DNA of 64,000 nucleotides, taken from the NCBI RefSeq assembly GCF_009914755.1, contig NC_060935.1, one strand, 5' to 3'. A program made the position numbers and the translations under genes. Positions 44,351 through 57,040 of the stretch are shown one piece after another. A model generated the notes under the pieces. The model did not search any database, was not told the origin of the DNA, and saw only the letters and a list, made by a program, of their open reading frames with translations. This DNA is from the human T2T-CHM13v2.0 reference genome, Homo sapiens. Numbering within the stretch: position 1 is the first letter of the stretch; the number at the start of each line of letters is the position of its first letter.

Positions 44351-45908
44351 TAGACAGTTATTACAGGGTCCAGGCAGAGGGTGATGGTGGTTCGTATTAG
44401 GGTAATGGAGTAGGGGCGGAGAGAAGGACACACCTAAAAGCAACAAGATTTGCTGGTGGATTGGATTAGGAGGGAGAAGGGAAAAAACAAGACAGAAGGA
44501 ATGATGCATTAGTTTAGACCTGAGCAATTAAATCAATAATTTACTTAGATAAGAAATGTTGGGTAGAAACAGGTTGAGATGAAGGTGAAGTTTCACATTT
44601 GAATAGTTGCACATAGACAGATTAATACATGAATTTGAAGCTAAGAGGGAGATCATGGCTGATTATATAAACTGGAGAGTCATCAGCATATAGAAGGAAT
44701 TTAAAACCACGGAACTGAGTGAAATCCTTACGGACAAGGGTAGCAAGGGAGGAATGCAGGTCTGAGAACAAAGCTCTGTGGCATGCCAACAGTTAGAGGT
44801 CAGGTAGAAGAGGGGAAGCCAGTGAAAGACAAAGAAAGAGAGTAGTCCATGAGAAAAGAAGAAAACCAAGGCACATCTCAGAGGTCCAAGTGGTGAGCTG
44901 TTGTCCAGCCTCCCGAGTCCCAATTCCTCCCTACCCTCATCTCACCCCATTCCATTCCTGGCTGTCTATATTTGAAGGTAATGACCAGATTCCACATTTT
45001 AACTTGCGTCTGTGTTTGAAGTTTCATATAGCAGATTAAGTGAGTTTCACTGTCAATTGAGCCTAACCACCGCTAGATACTGAAGAAAAATAGGGACAGA
45101 ATTGAAACAAAAACAAAAACAAAAAACTCCAATCCTTTATAAAACCTGTCTACTGTTTTTTTCTTGAATAATATATGCAAGACATTTTCCTCATAAATGT
45201 CATAGTAAATGGCTGAAAACCAGCCTCCACAAACAAGCTTTGAATACGTCTTCTAGCATTCCTAAAATTTTAAAACATGAAGTGAATACCGTCTCTTACT
45301 ATTTGATTCAAGTAGTATCCTTAAAGAAATTCACAAATAACATTATATTGCTTTAAACGAACTACTACTTCAAATAGGACAAATGATATATAATGAGCTT
45401 TTTTATATCTTAAAAATTAAGATGTACTTTTGTTTTAATCAATGGAGGTTAAAGTTATAGTTTAAAAGGTATACCTCTTCTAATTAAGATATACCTCTTC
45501 TTCTAATTAAACCCTCCAAGTCAGGCAGCCATCTACAGTGCATTAAAGTTCAGATTTTGCATAAAAACTCATTATCTAAACTTGATGGGTTTTCCTTCCT
45601 TTCAATACACCACACCCTCAGAAGGGGTCTAAACCAACAAGACCCTTTAAGAAATGCAAAATAAGACCTCACCTTGGCTCACTGCTGTTCACTGACAAAC
45701 CTGAGGAATTCTAATTCTACTTGGAAAGAAATAGTCTTCTATGGGGAATAAAACATTTTAAAAGAAAAAAACTATATTTTTTGTTATATCCACATGCATC
45801 TTGAGACACTGTTTTATATTGCAACAGATAGAGTCCATTACTTCCTCTACTGGCCAAGCCTAGAAAAAGAGTTACTCTATTCCCAACAAGAAGGAAGAGG
45901 TGTTATTT

Positions 45909-45911
<3 letters not shown>

Positions 45912-45948
<37 letters not shown>

Positions 45949-45968
45949 CTCACCCCCCCCCACACACA
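45912..45968. repeat. (CA)n microsatellite with a C-run
   Basis: Direct reading. Confidence 0.95.
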
Positions 45969-47469
45969 GCACATATCTTAGAGATCTATATGAAAAGGAG
46001 TGAAAAATGATAACAGAGAAACTTACTGAGGTACTACCCAGATGGAAGGAGAGAAAAAATATTTGTGTGGTAATAAACAGCAATTATTTTGCAGTTATTG
46101 AATAGAAAGAAAATGTATGTTCAGTTATTAGAAAATTTCCATGCAAAATATGAACTTTGGTGAGTTGCAGATAGAGAAATTGAAGTCTCTGTGTTGAAGG
46201 AAGGTAACTCTAATGCACATGGATATGAGAAGCTGAAGTGCAGAAGAGAAGTAGCTAAGGACCAGGAAAAAGCCAGTTGGAAGGATTCAGACCACAGTGG
46301 AATTGCCGATTGATTAATTAGGATCATGGATTGATTGATTAGTCAAGTGGGACTGGATTAGAAGAATAACAACAGCACAGAGTGTTTTGCTTATAGTCTG
46401 TAGTAAATCACCTGGGTTTTAATCAATTCTTTAGTAAGCTGTGTATAATTCATTTCGATGTGTGGATTTGGTTTTCCTGCATTTGTCCAGGGGGATCGTA
46501 AGAGTCTGAAAGACTGTATATCAAATTTGAAAAATCCTGCCAGATAATTCTAATAGGAGACTGATGAGGAGACATATTGTATGGTGGTTACATTTCAGTC
46601 TCTGGAGTCTCCCAAACATGGGTTCCCATTTCTATTCCATTGGCTACTAGCTATGTGACTTTGGGCAGGTGAATTAGACTTCAGAGTTTCAATGTTTCCT
46701 TCTATAAAGTCCAGATGCTAATTACAATAACTATTTCAAATGCTTATGGAAATGATTAAATTAAAAACACATAAAGCACAGCACACAGTATGTGATGCAG
46801 AGCAACTGCTTAATAAATGTCTGCTGTAAATGGATGCATAGGCCAGTCTGGAAAGACCACATGGGGCTCTAATGTGCGTTGGTCAGACCCTGCCCATCCT
46901 CAGAAGTAGAAAACAAAATGAAGGCATAGATCTGACTGCAGAGTTGGTGAAGGCATAAGGCCAGTGCTGCCCTTATTGGCTATTTGGGACTATTCAGCTT
47001 CATGATGTGAGCTCTGTGCTTTTCCCTGGACCCATCTGGGGTGGTTAAGAGCAGGGCTCAGGAGTCATACTGCCCATCTCTCCAGCTGATCAGCTGTGTG
47101 AATTTGGGCAGGATACCTAGTTTCTGTGCTTACATTTCTTCAGTAGAAAAGTGGTGATAATTAAGAACACCACCCTCTGCATAGGGTTGTTATAGAGATT
47201 ATATGAGCTAATATATTTAGGGCATTTTTGTTGTGTCTGGCACATAGCATGAGTTCAAAAAACAGTAAAAATAATTTTAATATAACACTGATAATTTTAA
47301 CTTTGAAATAGACCTCTAGGATTCTAAATTCCACTTTGTTTCCCAGTAAGAGCTTTGCAGAATGAATTTATGGAGAGAATGAGAAAGAATAAAGTTAGGA
47401 GTAGGTAGATTAGAGGTGGGAAAAAAAGGTCAAGAAAATTTGTAATGGAGATAATTGAAAGTATAACCA

Positions 47470-47894
<425 letters not shown>

Positions 47895-49229
47895 TTACAA
47901 TTAATGAATGAATGATATAAGCAGAGAAGGAAAGCTTAAATATGGAAATTAAGAACCAACATGAAAGTTGTATCAAATATCTTTGCATTTATTGTTCACT
48001 AAATAAACTTTTAATTAATTGATTGGTTTTTGATTAATGTGATTAAGCACTAAACTCGGCAGATAACCTGAAGCCTGGTTCTTTGCACAGAGTAGGGCTG
48101 AGACAAACGTATGGTTTTTCTATGGTCTCTGAATAAGGCCAGAGGCAATATAGTGGATCTCTCCCTCTTTCTCCCCCTTCTGCCTCCTCCTCCCCTTCTT
48201 ACTTCCTTCCTCTCTTTCTGTGTACACAGAGATTTTTGTCAAAGCTTTGTTACTAAGTAAAGGATCAAGAAAGGGATTACTAAAACTCTTCTTTAAGTGC
48301 TCACTACCCATATTCTCACCCATAAAAGTGCACATTTACTTCCTTTTTTCCTAAGCAGGCAGCTGAGTGTCAGTCGACCTGCTCCAGATTCATTTTCATC
48401 ACTGGGGATGGGGGAGGTTTGCTGTGGGCAATGAGGAAAGGGGTTGGTTCATTGGAATTCTTTTTTCTGGCATCTTTTTGGCTAGTTGGATAGTCTACAA
48501 CCACTTGTGACACTCTCTAACCAATTTTGGATTTCATCATCCTCTTCTCTCTTTGGAGCATCCAGAGTGACTGCAGCAGTTGCCCAGACCTGCCCAGGAT
48601 GAGAGTCGTCAGCCACTTTGAAAGACAGCTCTAGGGATGCAGAAAGCATTTTTTTTTTTTAAATTCATCTGTTGGTGGAGGGTACTGAGGTCCAGGTTTT
48701 TCTCAGTCTCAGTTAAGCAGAAATCTGACCTCTGCTCTCCCTTCTGGCCTTGTTCTGAAACGATGAACAAATGTAAAACCACGAGAATCTACTAAGAGAC
48801 GGCAGAGGAGTGCCAGGCCCTCCGACCTGGAACATGGCCCTCTGTTCCTTTCAGTATATTTCGTATATGGTGTATCTTTTTAAATTCTAAAGCCAACAAA
48901 TCTCTATTTTCTTTAAAGTGAAAGAAATGGACTTACAACTTTATAATTGTCCATCATAAAACTGGAAAGAAATCCACACAGTCCAGGAGAGAGGAATACA
49001 GATTTTGAACATACCAGAACAACTGCTACTGGAATAATGGTGCAACGATAACACACACATGGGCAAAATAGAGCTGCTCAATTCCAAATTTGCTTTTATT
49101 TCATCTCTCAAGAAAATTCACTCGAAACAGGAAAGAATAAAGCTCACAGATTAAAGGCTATTGATGCCCAAGATGACAGTGATAGTCACAGAACATGAAC
49201 TCTAAGTCAGTGCTAGTCTCTTGGTCCAG

Positions 49230-49460
49230 ATAAATTATGTATACTTCAGGGTCTAAAGCAAATGTTAGAATGAATACCTTTTTTGGATAATTAGGAAGTT
49301 TTTGAGCATTTGATGGGAGTGCTAATCACTAGGAGGTAGCATGGGTTCACTGAGAACCAGTCATGCTAATCAAATCTTATTTTCTTTTGTTAAAGGCAAC
49401 TATCTGGCAAGTAACTGAATAAAACAAAATGACAATTAATAGAAAGTTTTGCTGTTAAGA
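49230..49460 (+). mobile_element. CR1/L3 LINE reverse-transcriptase relic
   Basis: CATGGGTTCACTGAGAACCAGTCATGCTAATCAAATCTTATT reads HGFTENQSC*SNLI, resembling the CR1 motif QHGFTKxKSCxTNLI. Confidence 0.7.
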
Positions 49461-50250
49461 ATCCCACACCATTTCCCAAAGTACGGAATCTAGCTCACAG
49501 GAACAGGGGTAAGGATGTGGTCTAAGAGCAGCATGAAAGATTTATGGGATTTCATCCATGGCATGTTGAGATGCTGTAACCCAAGCAGCAACTCAGAAGC
49601 CTGAGGCACAGAGAGAGCAGGAAGTTGATGCTAAAGGGTGAAGGAGTGCTGGGCTCAGCTCAGGAACTCTATTTCAGAAAGGATTTTGACCAATTGCAGC
49701 ACACGTAGAAGACAGATAAGATGATGAGAGAACCTGAGCAATGTCACACAAAAAGTGGATAAAGATACCGGATATTTGTGTTCTGGACGTGACTTGGAGC
49801 AGCAGTGTGGCATGGAAAACACAGGCTCTGGAGCCAGACAAATTTGAATTTGAATGCTGGCTGTCTCCAATAAGCTGGAGAAGTTCCATGGAGAAGTTAC
49901 TAAACTTCTCTGTTCTTGTTTCCTCATCTGTAAATGTAAAATGGAAACATAATGTGTGCCTTGCTGGGTGGCCAGGATTAAATGCAACAACATATATCAA
50001 GTGCATGATGGTATATAACAAATGCTTAATAATGATTAGTTATAATCATTAATGTATATCATTCAGGGACATTGTAGGTGACTTCAAAGATCTTTTTCCA
50101 AAGGCCTTTTTCTTTTCTTTTCTCTCTTTTTTTTTTGTTTTTGTTTTTGTTTTTTGAGTCAGGGTTCTATTCCGTCACCCACCAAAGGCTTTTTTCGTCA
50201 GCATATAAACTGGAGGTTCTCAAATTTCATTGTTCAGAAGCATTACCCAG

Positions 50251-50579
50251 TGTCTTATTCTGTTTGTACTGCTGTAACAGGATACCTGAGATTAGGTAAT
50301 TTAAAAAGAAAAAACATTTATTGTCTTATAATTCTGGAGTCTGGGAAGTCTAAGATCAAGGCACTGGCATCTGGCAAGGGCCTTCTTACTGTATCATCAC
50401 ATCGTAGATGGTGGAAGGGCAAAGAGACAAAAGGGGGCCAAACTCACCCTTTTATAACAGCATAATTCTACCCATGCAAGTGGAGCCCTCATGGCCTAAT
50501 CATCTCATCAACATTCTACCTTTTAATACTGTTAAAATGGCAATTAAATTTCAACATGTATTTTTGTCCAACCATAGCA
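50251..50579 (-). mobile_element. MST (MaLR) solo LTR nested in a MER5-like element (about 50208-50700)
   Basis: TGTCTTATTCTGTTTGTACTGCTGTAACAGGATACCTGAGA...ATGGCAATTAAATTTCAACATG...ACCATAGCA. Confidence 0.85.
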
Positions 50580-51798
50580 TCTGGGATGCTCTTTACGAAA
50601 TAATTGTGTAGGTCTGAGTGAATCCGAGGAACCAGCATTTTCATAAGAAATCCAGGCAATTTCAGAAAAGAAGGCAAGTGAACCTTACTTTGGGAAACAT
50701 TGATAAAAACATTCTGAAGTCGCTCCTATCTTCAAACAGCTTTTCTTCTATGCACTTTTTTTTTTCAGTTACCATCTTCTCTTTGTCCTTCTCTCAAAAG
50801 ATTTACTTTTACTTCTACTTGGTAGGTCTAAACAGCAAAACTTCCTAACCAGGGCACCAGGGAAGCTTGATGTGCCACAGAATGGGTAATACCTGGGCTG
50901 AGACTTTGATTCCTTCTGCCACAGTCCCTGCTGGCCACCAGTGGCCTAGTCCCTTACCCCCATGTGCTGTAAAAAGTTCACTTTCTATCTATGCCACGAC
51001 AAGTACAAGACTGAGAAGCACTGCCTTAGAGAGCAAGGATCATTGTTTATTTCTCTATATATTACCCAGGACCTGGAAGGCTTCCTGAGTCACAGGGGAC
51101 TTCCTCTGTCATGCTTTCTGAATCATAGAAGAATACATATTTGTTCAATGAATGAAAGAACAAATAGTTGGGGAAAGGTAACATATTTCAGCTAACTCTA
51201 CTTCTTCAATTTCCATGTACTTTTTAATCCTGTGTTCAGCTGGTTCCACCCTCACCACTCTACTATAATTGCAGAAGAACAGAGGCTTTGGAGCCACAAA
51301 GATGTGGATTCCAGTCCTGTTTCTATCATTTACCAGTTTTTTGCCTATTTCAGATGTCTACTGCTGCATTAAAAGGTTGCTCCCAAACTCTATGACTTAA
51401 AACAACCACCATTTTATTGCTCATGATTTTGTGGGTGAGAAATTTGGTAAATGGGGATGGTTCACCTCTGCTTCACTTATTGTCTGCTGTGCTCATTTGT
51501 GGGCTGGAAGGTCCAAGTTCGAGAGGTCCATGGCCTCACTCACATGTGTGAGGTCTTGGGCTGGCTGTTGACTGAGGCATCTATTTTAGTCTTCCAGGGC
51601 TACTGTAACAAAATAGCATATACTGGGTGGCTTAAACAATAGAAATTTATTTTCTCACAGTCAGAAGTCTGGGAAGTCCAAGCTCAAGGTTGCAGCCAAT
51701 TCCATTTCTAGTGAGGGCTTTCTTCCTGGCTTGCAGAGAGCTGCCTTCTCACTGTGTCCTCACATGGCAGAGAGAAAGCAAACTCTTTGATGACTCTT

Positions 51799-53753
51799 TT
51801 TAAAAATTATTTTTTATTTCTATAGGTTATTGGGGAACAGGTGGTGTTTGGTTACATGATTAAATTCTTTAGAGATGATTTGTGAGATATTGGTGCATCC
51901 ATCACCCAAGCACTATACGCTGCACCCTATTTGAAGTCTTTTATCTCCTGCCCCCTTCCCACCCTTTCCCCTGAGTCCCCAAAGTCCATTGTGTCATTCT
52001 TATGTCTTTGCATCCTCACAGCTTAGCTCTGCTTGTGAGTGAGAACATAAGATGTTTGGTTTTCCATTCCTGAGTTACTCCACTTAGAATAATAGCCTCC
52101 AGTCTCATCCAGGTCACTATGAATGCCGTTAATTCATTCCTTTTTATGGCTGAGTAGTATTCCATCATATATATATACATATATATATACACACACATAT
52201 ATATACACATATATACATATATACACACATATATACATATATATACACGTATACATGTATATACACATATATACACATATACATATATATGTGTATATAT
52301 ACGTATATATACATATATACGTGTATATATACGTGTATATATACGTGATATATATATATACATATGTATATATACGTATATATGTGTGTATATATATATA
52401 TATATATCACAGTTTCTTTATCCACTCATTGATTGATGGACATTTGGGTCGGTTCTGTGTTTTTGCAATTGTGAATTGTGCTGCTATATACATACATGTG
52501 CAAGTATCTTTTTCGTATAATGACCTCTTTTGCTCTGGGTAGATACCCAGTAGTGGGACAGCTGCATCAAATGGTAGTTCTACTTTTAGTTCTTTAAGGC
52601 ATCTCCACACTGTTTTCCATAGTGGTTGTACCAGTTTACATTCCCATCAGCAATGTAGAATTGTTCCTTGTTCACTGCATCCACACCAACATCTACTGTT
52701 TTTTGATTTTTTGATTATGGTCATTCTTGCAGGAGTAAGGTGGTATCGCATTGTGCTTTTGATTTCAATTTCCCTGTTCATTAGTATGTTGACCATTTTT
52801 TCATGTTTGTTGGCCATTTGTATATCTTCTTTTGAGAATTGTCTATCCATGTCCTTATCCCACTTTTTGATGGGATTGTTTGTTTTTTTCGTGTTGATTT
52901 GTTTGAGTTCGTTGTAGATTCTGGATATTAGTCCTTTGTCAGATGTATAGATTGTGAAGATTTTTCTCCCACTCTGTGAGTTGTCTGTTTACTCTGCTGT
53001 TTTTTTTTTCCTGTGCAAAAGCTCTTTAGTTTAATTAAGTCCCAGAAATGTATCTATCTTTGTTTTTATTGCATTTGTTTTTGGGTTCTTGGTCACGAAA
53101 TCCTTGCCTAAGCCAATGTCTAGAAGAGTTTTTACAATGTTATCTTCCAGAATTTTTATAGTTTCAGCTCTTAGATTTAAGTCCTTAATCCATCTTGAGT
53201 TGATTTTTGTATAAGGTGAGAGATGAGGATCCAGTTTCATTCTCCTACATGTGGCTAGCCAATTATTGCAGCACCATTTGTTGAAAAGGGTGTCCTTTCC
53301 AAATAAAATACTTAGGAATATACCTAAACAAGGAGGTGAAAGACCTCTACAAGGAAGACTGCAAAACACTGCTGAAAGAGATCAGAGATGACACAAACAA
53401 ATGGAAACATGTCCCATGCTCACAGATGGATAGAATTAATATTGTGAAAATGACTATACTGCCAAAAGCAATCTACAAATTCAACACAATTCCCATCAAA
53501 ATACCACCATCATTCTTCATAAAATTACAAAAAACAATTCTAAAATTCATATGGAACCAAAAAAGAGCCCACATAGCCAAAGCAAGACTAAGCAAAAAGA
53601 GCAAATCTGGAGGCATCACATTACCTGATTTCAAACTATACTATAAGACCATAGTCACCAAAACAGCATGGTAGTTGTATAAAAATAGGTATACAGACCA
53701 ATGGAACAGAATAGAGAACCCAGAAATAAACCCAAATACTTACAGCCAGCTGG
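51799..53753 (-). mobile_element. L1PB1-like element with a twin-priming 5' inversion (minus 51799-53300, plus 53301-53753)
   Basis: L1PB-type 3' UTR; ORF2 peptides on both strands ([10 protein letters not shown] on minus, KDLYKE...IVTKTAW on plus); TSD TTTGATGA(C/T)TCTT at 51786-51798 and 53754-53766. Confidence 0.92.
52166..52408. repeat. Compound TA/CA/TG low-complexity expansion inside the L1
   Basis: About 240 bp of mostly alternating purine-pyrimidine sequence. Confidence 0.95.
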
Positions 53754-55805
53754 TTTGATGATTCTTATAAGGAAACTAATCCTATTGGATCAGGGCTCTA
53801 CCTTTATGACCTCATTTACTCTTAATTAAGTCCTATCTCCAAATACAGTGACATCGGGAATTAGGGCTTCAACATAAGAATTTACAGTTCACTCTATAGC
53901 AGTATCTCACTTCCCTTCTGTATGATATTCTTTCTCCACATTGTTTCTCATTCTTCTGGACCCCTCTCCAGCAAGATATCCTGTAAAAGTTGCAAGATCT
54001 TTTCAAGTCTAGACTCAGCTCAGAATTTCACTTCTACACATTCTGTTGAATAAAGTGAGTCACAAGGCAGGCCCAAATTCAAGCAGAGGGGAACAGACTT
54101 GACTTCTTGATGGGAAGAGTGGTAAAATCACACTCCAAAAGGACACATGGAATTGGAGGGATAGCTATGGCTGTCTTTGGAAACAGTCTACCAATTTGTC
54201 CTTGAACAAATTGTTTAACCACCTGATTTTACTTTCTTTGCCTGTAAAATAGGAAATATAGCATCAACCACTTTGGGATGTTGTAAGTAATAGATTAAGA
54301 AAGTGTGTTTAGCACCTCGTACATTGTAGTAGAAACATAACAGAAACAGCAAAAACACATATTGGTTGAGCCCATACTATGTGGCAGCACTATTACAAGC
54401 ACTTAAATATATTGCTTTATGTAATCTTTGTAACAGCCCAAAGATACACGTTATCTTTGAGATAAGATGAGAAACCCTAGGCACAAAAATGTTAACTTGC
54501 ACAAGGTTGGTTGCATAGTAACTAGTCTGTCTAAATCTTGAATGTCTTACTGTCTACTTTATCCAAAGGACACTTTTTAGTTTTTTCTCTTTAAACTATA
54601 TTTGAAAGTTTACAGTTGATGTTGCTCGCTCCTCTACCAAACACTCCTCCTCCCGTGATCCCTATGACTCCCCTCTGTACAATCTTTCCTCCTGTTCTCA
54701 TTGCTACCTTCCAATCTCCTCTTTCATTTCTTCAACTCTTCTTTCTTGAAGGAACCATCCCATGTGGCAACTCAGTTTCTACCTTTCCAATGATGATTGC
54801 CAGTCTTCCCTCTCTCCTAAACTCTAGGCTTGCATTTCTAAGTGTTATTAGGGTGTGAGCACATATGACCCAGGTAACGTTTTGAAACGTTTGTGCCTTT
54901 CACTTCTTTCTTATTCCATTGGTTGCAATCTTGTCACTTAATACTTGAAATGTTTTTCAAATTTGGATGTTTCTAGCAATCAGCTAATGCCTTTGGCCTG
55001 GTTTAGGCCTTCATCATCTCTTGCCTGGTTTATCAAAGTCATTTTTTAACTGAACTTGTTGCTTTCAGTTCCTCTCTGACATGATGGCATTAGGGTAATA
55101 TTTCCATGTGCTTCAACACACATACCTTCTCACCATTACTATATGTCCCCCCCGCCACCCCCCCCCCAGCATCACACTATCTCTGGTGTCACCTTCTCTG
55201 TTCATGGCCTTTTTCTTCTTCTCTAGGGGTTCCCCCCTTTGAAGAAACAGCATCTGCTCAACCTCCCCTACAGGCTCCCTTAAAGCTGGTTTCTCCTCCC
55301 TCTGTTTGTCTCTTTGCAACTCTCTGGAGGCATCTTTACCTTTACAACTTTGCATTTTCTCTGCTATTCCCATGTAAGTTCCCTGAAACCCTAGTACCAT
55401 TCACAGCAGGATTTCAAAGGTTGCCTGTTGCGTGAGCATTCTATAGGATCCCAAATTATCTTTCTGTGCAAATATGAATTGTTGTGATATGTCCGTAGAG
55501 ATGGCACAACCTCATGGCTAAGAATGATAGTTACCAGTTCTAGAGATCCTACTCTAATTGCTCTAGAGTGGGGGCCTGAACACCAGTATTACAAAAAAGA
55601 CAAAAGAAAAAGAAGGAAAAAAGAAAAAAGAAAGAGAGAAAATCAAAGCTACCTTCATCATGTATGAATTTGAGCAAGTAACACCTTTGTGAGTCCCCAG
55701 GCCCCAGTTTCTCATTGGTAAAATGAGGATAACAATTACACAGACCTTGTTGGGCTATGTACAGAATTAAATGAGATTATGTACCTAAAAGGCTTGTGGC
55801 ACAGT

Positions 55806-55806
<1 letters not shown>

Positions 55807-55840
<34 letters not shown>
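55807..55840. repeat. (CA)n microsatellite at the end of a MIR, about 0.8 kb upstream of the SYT9 TSS
   Basis: About 16-17 pure AC units; MIR at about 55660-55806. Confidence 0.95.
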
Positions 55841-55842
<2 letters not shown>

Positions 55843-56560
55843 AGAGTACTTCGTGGTTATTTCTAGGCTTTATTGCTTGAAAGGCTGAAAAGATGGGTGG
55901 ATGAGAGGTGCCCTGAGGTTCCTTCCAACTCTCCAAGATTCTGTGATACTCCTCCTTGGGTGCTGAAGACACTTTGGCAATGTTTGGATTTCCAAACGGT
56001 TGCTTAGAAAACTAACCGGGACCCACGAAGCCCAGGTAAGCCTCAGGGTCTTTCCCAGGAATCGTTTATTTATTTGATCTTAGTTCTGACCTAGAGCCTC
56101 CACCTTCTCCATCCAAATCACCACAGTGGTCGAAAAGGGCCTGTGCTTGGGAAATCCTTCCTTTGTTGGCGAATCTTGGACCCAAACCCTGCATTTGGGC
56201 ATCTGACACCCATAGGCCCATGGTTCAAACCCAGGCGGCTCTTTCCAAGTTCGAAGCAGGGACTCGGTTCTGCGCATCTGGCGGGTGTGCCCAGATTGTA
56301 ACCTTCGCACTAGGCATCCAAGAACGTGCTTTGGACACACTCGGCGGTGGGAGCGGGTGCTTGGTTTGCATCAGGGATGAGGGGTGGAGTAGCGAAAGCG
56401 CCCGGAGCGCGCACTCACTCACACTCCCCAAGCCAGGGCGCGGCCGCTCTGGGCGCGAGGTCCCAAGCCAAGTCTCGCGCTCGGCCAGGAGCCGGGGAGT
56501 ACCCCAGGTCCCCGGTCTGGGGCCGCCGCTATCCTACCCTGCGGCGCGCACTCCTGACCT

Positions 56561-56597
56561 GGCCCCGCCCCCCGGCGGCCGCGAGTAGCGGGCGGAG
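56561..56597. promoter_or_regulatory. GC boxes (Sp/KLF sites) just upstream of the probable TSS
   Basis: GGCCCCGCCCCC at 56561-56572 and GGGCGGAG at 56590-56597. Confidence 0.65.
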
Positions 56598-56715
56598 CGC
56601 AAGCAGAGAGGCGCTCTGGGCTGTGCGGCACCGCCTCTCCTCGGTGTCTGGGGAGGGACGGAGGGACCGGGCGGGAGAGAGAGAAAGCCTGACCGACCGG
56701 CTGGCGAAGAGCTGC

Positions 56716-56799
56716 ATGCAACCGGTGGGAGGCCGGGCCGGCTGGGTCTGGGGCTCGGGCTCAGGCTCGCACCGTTTCTCGGCAGGTCCCTGGCGGTGA
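56716..56799 (+). other. uORF in the SYT9 5' UTR (27 aa, MQPVGGRAGW...AGPWR)
   Basis: ATG at 56716 with an in-frame TGA ending at 56799. Assumes the TSS lies upstream of 56716. Confidence 0.55.
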
Positions 56800-56895
56800 G
56801 CGCGGACGGCCCGGAGGCGGCGGCTCTGAGCTGGCAGGCGGAGGGCTGTCTCCTGCGCCCGCCTGCCCGGCGCGGTCCGAGGATGCGGGGGGGCG

Positions 56896-57040
56896 ATGCC
56901 CGGGGCCAGGGACGCGCTCTGTCACCAGGCGCTGCAGCTGCTGGCCGAGCTCTGTGCCCGTGGGGCCCTGGAGCACGACAGCTGCCAGGATTTCATTTAC
57001 CACCTGCGGGACCGTGCCAGACCCCGGCTCCGCGACCCAG
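56896..57040 (+). CDS. SYT9: Synaptotagmin-9, coding part of exon 1 (48 codons + 1 nt; luminal N-terminus with Cys9/Cys20/Cys30)
   Basis: The translation MPGARDALCHQALQLLAELCARGALEHDSCQDFIYHLRDRARPRLRDP matches the human SYT9 N-terminus as I recall it. It ends at a consensus donor CAG|GTGAGT (57041), phase 1, inside a CpG island. Confidence 0.96.

Larger units (their letters stand above)
51582..53901 (-). mobile_element. MLT1A-like LTR, split into 51582-51798 and 53754-53901
   Basis: GGGTGGCTTAAACAATAGAAATTTATTTTCTCACAG...; continues as TCTTATAAGGAAACTAATCC...TTAGGGCTTCAACAT; TSD GCATC/GTATC. Confidence 0.85.
51340..54195 (-). mobile_element. Old MLT1 (G/H-like) LTR, split into 51340-51581 and 53902-54195
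   Basis: GACTTAAAACAACCACCATTTTATTGCTCATGATTTTGTGGG on the left; GTCACAAGGCAGGCCCAAATTCAAG...TCTTTGGAAACAGTCTACCA on the right. Confidence 0.7.

Noticed and set aside
52016-52542. Tyr/Ile/His/Val-rich ORFs
   Set aside because: Translations of the TA/CA microsatellite plus L1 ORF2 remnants.
55999-56012. RFX X-box-like GTTGCTTAGAAAAC
   Set aside because: Only one half-site fits the consensus; too weak without ChIP data.
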